A stretch of DNA of 64,000 nucleotides, taken from the NCBI RefSeq assembly GCF_009834535.1, contig NC_045697.1, forward strand, positions 94,366,001 to 94,430,000, in the 5' to 3' direction. The notes beneath the pieces were generated by a model. The model saw only the letters and a list, made by a program, of their open reading frames with translations. It ran no database searches and was not told where the DNA came from. Every line of letters begins with the position of its first letter. Positions within the stretch are counted from its first letter, which is position 1. This DNA is from Camelus ferus (lineage: Eukaryota). Made by a program: the position numbers and the translations under genes. Below, piece after piece: positions 54,820 to 64,000 of the stretch.

Positions 54820-55065
54820 GAGGCAGAGCATGTGTCAGTTAAGAGCAGAATACCTGATTTCATATTCTGGCTTATAGAAGTGGGTTAGCCTTTAAACAAT
54901 GACTTGACTGCATGGAGCATCAGCTTACTCAAATACAGAGCAAAGATTGTGTTACTATCTTATAGAATTGTCTTGAAGATTGTGAGCTAATAGATTCATG
55001 CTGAGTTTGTGTATCACTTCCTGGTACCATAGCCAGCTTTCAAATGATGTTAGTTATTATTATCT
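54820..55065 (+). mobile_element. MIR
   Basis: gaggcagagcatgtgtcagttaagagca start and ctggtaccatag..atgttagttattatt end. Confidence 0.7.
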
Positions 55066-55694
55066 TACTAAGATCTACAGAGAATACAGAGTAAGGAATT
55101 TAACCAAATTCATGGTCCTTAATTAATCTGATGATCAAAGGGTCATCCTTTCAATAAACACTATAAAGAGACATTATTTATACTAATCCAGTTTAATTTA
55201 GGTGAATCATTAAAATTCTAACCTTTAATAAAAGAATACTCTTCTGAAAAATAAACATCATTTTTACTTTAGCCTACTTTGATCCAGTGTTACTGCAGTT
55301 CACTTTTATAACCAGCAACATGGTCAGCCACAAAATATAGCTTACATTTTAAGAAATATTTTTGTTTTATTTTTTAGTATGAAGACCTTGGTAAGCAAAT
55401 GTCAGTGGGGGAAAGATCTGTCATATTACTTTATATTCTCAAAATCCTCACGTATTTGTAAATTTTGAGATTTCCTTTATTTTTTCCACTCATAATAACA
55501 TAAAGACTGTCTATTGTAAACTATCTGTTGCAGACAATGATTTAACTTATAATTAGTAGTTAAGGAATTCACTTTATATCCACAATGAAAATTTAAACAG
55601 CAAATATAAGTCTTACAATTTCAGATAGGCTTGTTTATTTGGAAAGAAGCTAACAGATGATATGAATAAGTTATGTATATCTCACACTGATGAT

Positions 55695-56735
55695 AGAATT
55701 TATTTACTCAATAAATATTTTTTGAGCCTCACTGGGCCATCATGCAAATTGCAGGAGATACAGCTCTAAACAAAGGAGGGCACTGAAGAATTAACATGCT
55801 AACATAGGAGCCAAGAAATTAAATATCTCCAGGAAAAAGTGCAGGATTTCTTAAAATGTGTTAAGCAGGAAGAGAAGAAAGGCAGAGGTAAAGGCTGGAA
55901 AACGAGTGATTATATGCCCCATCTAATGACACTGAAATGCAGAGTATTTAAAATAAATTAGGGACCATACAAGGTAAGTCTTTCCACTGCCTTTTATATG
56001 AGACACCAGAGGACCTACAAATACAAATAGGTTAGTAAAATCAGTAATCCCAGTACAAGATGATAAATGTCACATTATGAACACATATTGGGATAAATTT
56101 GAGAGAGTTAAGGAAGTCTTTTCTGAAGCAATGGCTTCTAATTTGAGCATTAAAAGGAGCAGTTGGGGCTTGATAGACAGAGGAGGCCGAAGAACATTCC
56201 ATTGAGAGAGAACAACAGTGTATGAAATTACCTGGAGACAAGTTCAGTTTACTGTATTATCCGATATGGGAAGAACAGTGCTAAGAGTTGAAGCTGGGAA
56301 GGTAAATAGGGCTTGGCTTGTATCATGAAAAGCCTAGTAAGCCGTGTAGAGTTTGATTGTGGAAACATTGGGGAGCCAATAACACAGTTTATCAGAGATG
56401 TGACATGATAAGATTTGTACTTTAGAAAGAACATTTGGGCTACAGTGTGGAAAATGGATTTGATTTGCAAACACGACTGGAGGCAGAGACACTAGTTGGA
56501 GGCTATTAGAGTAACTCGAGCCAGAGATGCTGGTGGCATGGACCAAAGGATAGCAGTGAAAACGGAAAAGAAATGGACCAAAGTGAATCATATTTAGGAG
56601 ACAGACCTGACACAATCTGGTGATGGATTAGATGTGGGAGACAAGAAAAATAAGAAAGCAGAAGAACTCTGATGATACACACAGTTTCCTGGCTTGGGTA
56701 GGTGGGTAGAGATAGCAGTGCCACTTTCCCTTATG
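55695..56735 (-). mobile_element. L2 fragments
   Basis: tttactcaataaatatttt, gtgacatgataagatttg, ggaggctatt and ggtgatggattagatgtgg blocks. Confidence 0.85.
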
Positions 56736-56867
56736 GAGTGAGAAGAGTTGGACATGCTCATCAAGGTTACAATTTATCTCTTATTTTTCCCGGTACAATT
56801 TCTTTCCTGGCATAATTCCACAGTTCTAAAGTCAGCTTGAGGATGTAATATGAAAGTTGTGACTCTC

Positions 56868-59179
56868 CATAATATGTTGCCAAAGCCTAAGTAGCACATT
56901 TCTCACATTTTATTTTTTTGAAATCAGGATACCTTGTAATTGATGCCAAAATAAATGTGCCAGGGACTTGGCAGAGGAGCACTGTGAGGAAACTACCAGC
57001 GGGGATATTCTAGCGGAGATGACACTCGCGAGCATTTGCACCCCCTTTCCCGCATAAGAGTAGTTGATAAGAACTGAACGTCATCTCGGAATCACTCAGA
57101 ATGGCTGCCACTAGCAGAGGAACTGGCAGGAGCTCCATTCAAATTCCCGAATGAAGGCGGCCACAAGAGGCCCAGTTCAGTCCATGGAAATCACTGAATG
57201 TTTCTTCCTGCAGAAGATGTTTCTTTGGAGAAAAGGAGCAAAATCATAGACTTCTTAATCTGAGATTTAAAATGGACAAACAGCTTGACTCCTTCTGAAG
57301 AAGGTTGTGGGAGGGTGTTTATGAGTCCCTCAGGCAAAAGTTGCTGGAACTCATTCTAATAGCTGGCAGCCAGAAATGATAAATGTATGTGAGTCTCAAG
57401 GCAAATTATAATGGCTGCTATATTAAAGACCTAGTTCAGGCCTCAGAACTGAAAGAGTGGTTGTATTCTTCCTTGAAGAACAGTGGGGACTGAATAGGAT
57501 GGAACCAGCAAGAAATCTTTAAATCAGGGAAACCAGATTCCTAATGTTTGACTACTTTTCAGCAGAACACAGTGGGGCATGAAGAAGCAATAGCATGTAT
57601 CTGGAAGCGACCTAAATGTCCATCGACACAACTTGGTACAGAAGCTGTGGTATGTTTATGTAATAGAACACTACTCAGTCATAGAAAAGAATGAAAGTAT
57701 GCCGTTTGCAGCAACATGGATTGAACTGGAGATTGTCATACTAAGTGAATGAGCCAGAAAGAGAAAGAAAAATACTATATATCACTTATATGTGCAATCT
57801 TAAAAAAAAAAAAAAAAAGACACAAATGAACTTATTTACAAAACAAAGACAGACATAGAAAACAAACTTGCAGTTACCAGAGGGGAAAGGCATTGGGAGG
57901 AATAAATTGGGAGCTGGGAATTTGCAGATACTAACTACTATGTATAAAATAGATAAACAACAAGGTCGTACTGTATAGCACAGGGAACTATATTTAATAT
58001 CTTATAATGGCCTATAATGAAAAAGAATATGAAAAGGAATATATATATATGTATAAATGAATCACTATGTTGTACACCAGAAATTAACACAACATTGTAA
58101 ATTGACTATACTTCTATTTAAAATAAAAAAAAAGAAGCAATAGTGAAGTTCAACTAGTATGACTCCAGTATCCACTTGTGTGTGAAAGCAGAATTGGCCC
58201 TTTTGAATGGCACTGCTGGGTTGTTGGACAACTTACACAGAGATCCAAGCAGGCTATGCAAGACTTCTTACTTATAAAGTATTAAGTATGTCCAGCAGTA
58301 GTGAAGAGTTATCACTGTATGTGTAGTCCAGATTTAAGGAGTAGCTTGTATCTGCAGCAGGAATAAGTATGGTGGTGTTCTCCTTGTACCAGAGTGAAGT
58401 CAGCAGTGTGAGAACACTTCTTCCACTGATTTTCACTGCACTTGACTTATTTGCATTGATAACACAACAAAATTGGAGTTGGATTTAAATGTTCAGCCCT
58501 AATTATTGATAGCAGAAACATTAAAATGTCTTCTAAAGGAACACGTGCTGATAATCTTAAGATGAAAATTTTAATCTAATTATAGTTTTTTAAATTCACA
58601 TAGACATAACACAGTAATAAGGAGAGAAATTACTAAATATCTTGGAATTTTTGGAGTTTTTTCCCCCTCAAAAAGGGGCTAATATTAATTGTTAACCCCT
58701 ACTACTATGGTATTTACATCCAAGGTAAAAATGGATTTACATAAATAATGCTTATCAGATAATGATAAACAGACAATGAAAGTAGGAAAATATACCTTGT
58801 GTTTAAACAAATAGCAATTAAGACAAATAGGACATGGGTAATTATATGGTGAATAATTGGTTGCTCACAAGTCTAAAATTACAAGCATGGGTTACAAAAT
58901 ATAGTGAGTGTCACCATGTTGGTGTGCTTAACCACCAACGCTCAAAGGAATTAGTCTTTAGAAATTGACTGTGAAATAAGCTTAAATGCAAACATTTATT
59001 ATGATATTCAAACCAAGTAGTACAAATGAATACAAGATTTTTTCCAGTTATAAAGTTGCTGCGTGTATGTATTCTGTATATTTTTTCCCACAATGTTAAC
59101 ATTTTTCCTATTAAGCATTTTTTAAAATGATGCTATATCTAGAAAAATTAATGCCATCTTAAAATGAAAAAAAGTACGG
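56868..59179 (+). mobile_element. MER104/Kanga-like (TcMar-Tc2) DNA transposon remnant enclosing other sequence
   Basis: 5' block gcacatttctcacatttta..tgaaatcaggataccttgtaattgatg and 3' block aatgccatcttaaaatgaaaaaaagtacgg match the recalled MER104/Kanga termini. 58420-58580 resembles the Kanga transposase start (aaaatgtcttc, MSSK). Confidence 0.6.
57594..58131 (+). mobile_element. 5'-truncated young L1: ORF2 C-terminus plus complete 3' UTR
   Basis: tggaagcgacctaaatgtccatcgaca (WKRPKCPST) and gcacagggaactatatt. Exact 12-bp TSD aagaagcaatag at 57582-57593 and 58132-58143. Confidence 0.95.
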
Positions 59180-59272
59180 CGTCACATCAGTGTTTTATTT
59201 AAGAAGGAACTACCTAACGTTTCTTTTAGGCTAAAGTGGGTTTTGTTTTTAATTACATCAACAAAACCTGAA

Positions 59273-59309
59273 GTATTAGGGTTCTCCACAGAAACAGAAA
59301 CAATAGGAG

Positions 59310-59342
<33 letters not shown>

Positions 59343-59831
59343 TTTATTATAAAGCATTAACTAACTCACACAGTTAAAGAGGCTGAGAAATGCCATCATC
59401 TGCAGTTGACAAAGAGGAGACCCAGGAAAGCCAGTGGTGCAGTTTAAAGACCTGGGAGCTGGAGAGGGAGATATAGATTCTAGTCTGGATCTAAAGGTCT
59501 GAGAACCAGGAAAGCCAGTGGTATAAGACCTAGTTTGAGGGCAGAGTAAGACTGATGTTCTAGCTCGAACATTCAGGCAGGTAGTCAACTCAACCTTCCT
59601 CGACCTTTTTGTTCTATTCAGGCTCTGGATGGATAGGAGGATGCCCACCCAGACTGGGGAGAGCCATCTGCATGGCTCAGTTCACCAATTCAAGTGATAA
59701 TCTCTTCCGGAAACACCCTGGCAGACACACTGGAATAATGTTTAACTAAGTATCTGCATAGAAATAATGTTTAACCAGATATCTAGGCATCCTGGGCCCC
59801 ACCCAGGTTGACACATAAAGTTTCCATGACA
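59273..59831 (-). mobile_element. MLT2 (ERVL) solo LTR with (CA)n
   Basis: gtattagggttctccacagaaacagaa ... ggttgacacataaag termini. Exact 5-bp TSD ctgaa at 59268-59272 and 59832-59836. Confidence 0.93.
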
Positions 59832-60099
59832 CTGAATCTCCAAAGGAGTTTCTTATATCAAAAGCTTATGACAGTCTGTACCTCTTAGCAATCCAATGTG
59901 CCTATTGATCCAACAAGATACAGAAAACTCTGGATTAAGCTACAAACTTAACAAGATATGTTAAAAAAAAAATACAATTGAGGTATACTAAATCCTTATT
60001 TTCCTCAAAGTCTTTTCACTTTATTTAAAGAAAATGACACTATTTTCAGTCTGGAAAGTTCCGATGGAGAAGGATTGCACCAGTGTTAAGATTTCACAG

Positions 60100-60440
60100 A
60101 GCCCACCCTTCCACTTCACTCAAGCGTTCTGCTAGAATGATACATATCGAAATTGCTCTCCCTGACTTCCCTGATTACAAATACACACAGACAGAATGCC
60201 CTCCACACCCTCAGCCACACCCTCACATATTATCTTACTTTAACTCCATAAGAATCATCACTATTCAGGATTACTTAAAAATCAATTGTGTTAACTTGTT
60301 TATTTTCTGTCCATTCCATTAGGATGCTCACGGAATGAAGGTACAGCAGTGACTCATCAGCACAATATCCAAAGCCTGTGGAACAGCACCAGACACACAT
60401 TAGGTGCTCAAAGTAAATTTTGTCACATACTTGATTCATC
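60100..60440 (+). mobile_element. L2 3' end
   Basis: cacttcactcaag and aacagcaccagacacacattaggtgctcaa blocks. Confidence 0.7.
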
Positions 60441-61279
60441 TGGGTGTCCTGTCAAAATTGTTCTTGAAGATAACTATTGATTACAGTCCTCAAAGAGTCA
60501 CTACAAAGAAATAAGCCCCTGGAAAAATAGTTACCTATTTAGACAAGCAAATATTGAAGTGTTGACCAGTCTTGGAAAGTGTCAACAATAACCATATGAC
60601 TTCTACTAAGGATGATACTAATCTTTGCTGTTGTCTTGTTTATACTGAAGATGGTATTTTAATATTTAGTTTTTCCATTCTACTTCTAGCTTCCAAGTTG
60701 CTTCTTCACCCCACTGATGCTCTAAATTATTTATCAGTCTTTATATCATTTCTTAGCAGGAAACTAAAATTCTTCCTGATACTTAAAAATGTCACTGGCT
60801 AATTTAAAGGATGGGCTTATATAAAAAGTTATCACTTTCATTTACAAGGATTCCTTAAATTTAAGGACTTCTTTAATTTGGTTTCTTGGAAAGATTCTTC
60901 CTTTCCTTAACTTTGAAAAGGAGTGATTTTAAGGGTAATAAGTGCATTAATGATGTGATTAATGATATGATTATATAGTTAGAGAAAAACAACTACTTCA
61001 AATACAGAAAAAAATATGAGAATAATGGAAGGAAGACAGGGCTAAAATAATAACTGATTTTATAAATTAGCCTGAGTTAAAAAGCTCCATTAAATGGTTT
61101 GTTGAAGATGGAAAGCTGGGTATGAAGGAGATACTGAATAAATTATTGTGTAATTGGATTTAACTGAAAAAAAATTTGTAAATTTTGTCAATTTGAATGA
61201 AGATTAAAAATAACTCTCTTCTTCTTGACTTCTGCCACATGAATCCATGAGAAATACAAAACTAAATATGGATGACGGA

Positions 61280-61900
61280 GTGTTAGGTGCTATGGAGAAT
61301 TTTAAAAAGTGCTAAGATATGTATCCTACTTTCACTAACAGATTCATGCATAAGATCAAGAGTGTTGTGTGAAAGGGGAAACACTCAAATGTCAGGGGGG
61401 TCTAGACATACATTACTTCTAACTAGAAAGATTAGGAGAGGTTTTATCAAGCAAATGACATTGATTCTTGTCTGGGAAGGATGAGTGTGATGTAGGCTTT
61501 TGGTTGTGGGCCAGAGAGTGTTCCGGAGAGTGGGAGCAATATGAACAGGGCTACATAACTGGGAAAACATTATATATGCAGACTTGTGACATTCTACTTG
61601 CTGAAGTTTGAAAATTGGGGAAGAGTGCATAGAGGGGGTCATACAAGAAATTCTGTATGCAAATAGGTCATATAAACCTTGAGTGGCTGTAGAGTTGTAT
61701 TTTCGTTGGTGATGGAAAAGCAGCAAATTTTTTTTCCACAAGGGCTTGGTATGATCATTGTTGTATTTTGGAATATATGTCTGATATGAGTGGGTATGAA
61801 AGATATGAACAGGAAGTTTGTTCTGAAATGATTTTCAAGGCCCAGACAAAGATGATGGAATCTCCTGAAGCAGAAACTTAGTCACTATTGAAAATAAGTT
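61280..61900 (-). mobile_element. Decayed L2 fragment
   Basis: gtgttaggtgctatggaga, ggttttatcaagcaaatgacattga and gttggtgatggaaaagca blocks. Confidence 0.6.
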
Positions 61901-62087
61901 TGGAACTAAAGTTCAGAAGTCACAGGCACTCAGTGAAGGATGATGGAACTTGGCAAAGAAAAAGAAATTATAGCAATTTATATGTGATTTGGAGTTATGA
62001 CAATGCTTAAATCTTTTCATAAAACTGTTACATATATGATATATATATATATACATACTTACATGTACATATATACATATTATTGAT

Positions 62088-62324
62088 TTTCCCTCAATTG
62101 GGATTTGTTTAATTTATTTCTGTGATTAGAACGGGATTATGGTTTTTTTAGGAGAAGGACCACAGAATTAAATGTCATTTCCATTACATCATATCAAGGA
62201 CACTGTTATGGGCTGAATTGTGTTTCCCTCAAAAAAGATAAAATCCTAACCTCAGTATCTCTAAATGTGAACTTACTTGGAAATGGGGGTGTTGCAGATG
62301 TCATTAGTTAAGTTAAAATGAGGC
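62088..62324 (-). mobile_element. Inverted composite fragment: L1MC/MD 3' UTR piece (62088-62203, minus) joined to an MLT1 5' end (62204-62324, plus)
   Basis: Its reverse complement aligns by eye with 63090-63340 across the LTR/L1 junction. Confidence 0.8.
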
Positions 62325-62357
62325 TACATGTATACGTCATATATATATATGTATGAC

Positions 62358-63710
62358 AGCAAAAGAGCTCCTAATAACCAAACATGGAACAATTTGAGAC
62401 TATTTGAGTCACAGGATAATGTATTATTGGTTTACAACCAAAAACATTAAATGAATTTCTATGAGTCCATAGTGATATAAGTAAATAATTGAATGAATAA
62501 ATAAATTAAATGGGGGAGATTTAACAATTCTCTCATGTAGAAGAATTCCGCATAATTTATGTGTTTACTAGACCTTCAGGGAGGTGAAACAGAAATCCTC
62601 ATTTCCTTAGTGTGGATTGTGCAGTGATTATTTCCAAAAAGTATAGAATGGAAGAGGGGAAGGGGAGTAACTTACAGCTGAGAAACCCAACAAACACTAC
62701 CTGAGCCTGGTGATGAATAGTGATAAGGGATGGGAATGGTATGTGCCTGCACTGCTTGCCTAGGGCTGTTGTAACAAAGTACCAAAAACTGGTTGCTTTA
62801 AATAAAATAAATTCATTGTGTCACAGTTCTGATGGCTGGAAGTCCAAAACCAAGCTTTCAAAGGGCCATGTTCTCCCGAAAGCTCCAGGGGACAATCTTC
62901 TCCATGCTTTTCTCTTGGTGTTGGGTGTGCCCAGCAATCCTTGGTATTCCTTGGGTTGCAGCTGTGTGACTCTAATCTTTGCTCTTATCAACACATGGCC
63001 TTCCCTCTGTGTCTCTTTGTCCTCTCGTTGCTATACTCTTACAAGGATACTATGGATATTAGATTTGGAACCTGACCTTCTGCAGTATGACCTCATTTTA
63101 ACTTAATTAATTACATGTGTAACAACCTTCTTTCCAAATAAGACCAACATATTGAGACACTGAAAGTTAGGATCTCATTTATCTCTTTTTTTGGGGAGGA
63201 AGTGGTGTATACAATCCATATCAATGACCTTGATAGTATGAGATGAAAATGGCACTTAATCTCTGTGGTCTTCATCCTAAAAACTATAATCCCATTCTAA
63301 TCATGAAAACAAAAAAGATAAATCCCAATTCAGGAACAATTTACAAAATATTTGACCAACACTCCTCAAAACTACCAACGTCATGAAAAACAAGAAAAGT
63401 CTGAGAATCTGCCACAGCCACGAGGAGCTTAAGGGGACACCATAATTCAGTGTAATGTGATGTCCTTGATAGGATCCTGGAATAGAAAAGGACAATCAGT
63501 AAAAACTAAGGAAATCTAAATAAAACATGGACTTTAGCTAATTAATGTATCAATATTAGCTCATTAATTGTAACAAAGGTACCATAATTAATGTAAGATG
63601 TTATAAATAGGAAGAAACTTGAGTGCAAGTTGTATAGGAATTCTCTATACTTTCTTGGGTTTTTTTCTGTAAATCTAAAGCTATTCTAATACTGAAAGTT
63701 TGTTTAAAAA
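62358..63710 (+). mobile_element. L1MC/L1MD-type 3' UTR interrupted by an MLT1 LTR
   Basis: tatgagtccatagtgatataa, agaagaattcc and ggatcctggaatagaaaaggac blocks. Homologous to 4274-4840. Confidence 0.88.
62748..63223 (-). mobile_element. MLT1 (B/C-like) MaLR LTR inside the L1 3' UTR
   Basis: ctagggctgttgtaacaaagtacca, tcacagttctgatggctggaagtccaa and atgacctcattttaactt blocks. Flanks gtgcc / atgacc. Confidence 0.88.
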
Positions 63711-64000
63711 TATATTTACTATTGCAATTAAAAAATGAGGTAACACATATAAATGCTTTGCATAATGTATTATGTATGACAGATGCTATATAGTGGCTAT
63801 TTATGTAAGTTTCAGTATATTTACAAATATTAACATAAATGTTGAATAATAATTATTAACAAATGAAATAAATCCACATTTGTAGTGTCAGCCTCCTCCT
63901 CCCCATTTTTAACACAGCATGCTAAATGTGTACCTCCCACTGGGATCGCAATAATTGAACAAAGTTTAGCAAATTTATAATTTGTGCTGGTTTTCAGATT

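Noticed and set aside
57040..57345. Loose resemblance of translated motifs (LHPLSR, APF, HG, VYESLRQ) to filovirus nucleoprotein
   Set aside because: It needs hand-picked frameshifts and the motif spacing does not fit. It is not supportable without a profile search.
62720..63106. 128-aa ORF, the longest in the window
   Set aside because: Antisense translation of an MLT1 LTR.

Overview
AT-rich mammalian nuclear DNA, intergenic or deep intronic. The host is most likely a camelid: there are two tRNA-derived SINEs with the Vic-1 structure and several young L1 3' tails of artiodactyl/camelid type. I recognise no intact protein-coding gene, rRNA, tRNA or CRISPR array, and nearly all ORFs in the supplied track are chance ORFs inside repeats. 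The window is layered transposon debris: old L1M, L2 and MIR; DNA transposons (Tigger2-like, MER47, MER3, MER58, a MER104/Kanga-like element); solo LTRs (MLT1, MLT2, LTR16-like, two ERV-type); and seven very short L1 insertions with readable target-site duplications (TSDs). The best leads are: (1) a probable L1 3' transduction at 39.2-39.5 kb; (2) two opposite-strand copies of the same MLT1/L1MC junction at 62-63 kb, with an empty-site copy at 4.3 kb; (3) a phase-compatible pair of minus-strand exon candidates flanking a CpG-rich LTR at 50.6-53.7 kb; (4) an unexplained ~0.9 kb segment between MER104/Kanga-like ends at 57-58 kb. I could not support a new biological system from the sequence alone. 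Repeat family names come from recalled consensus sequences, and boundaries without a TSD are approximate.
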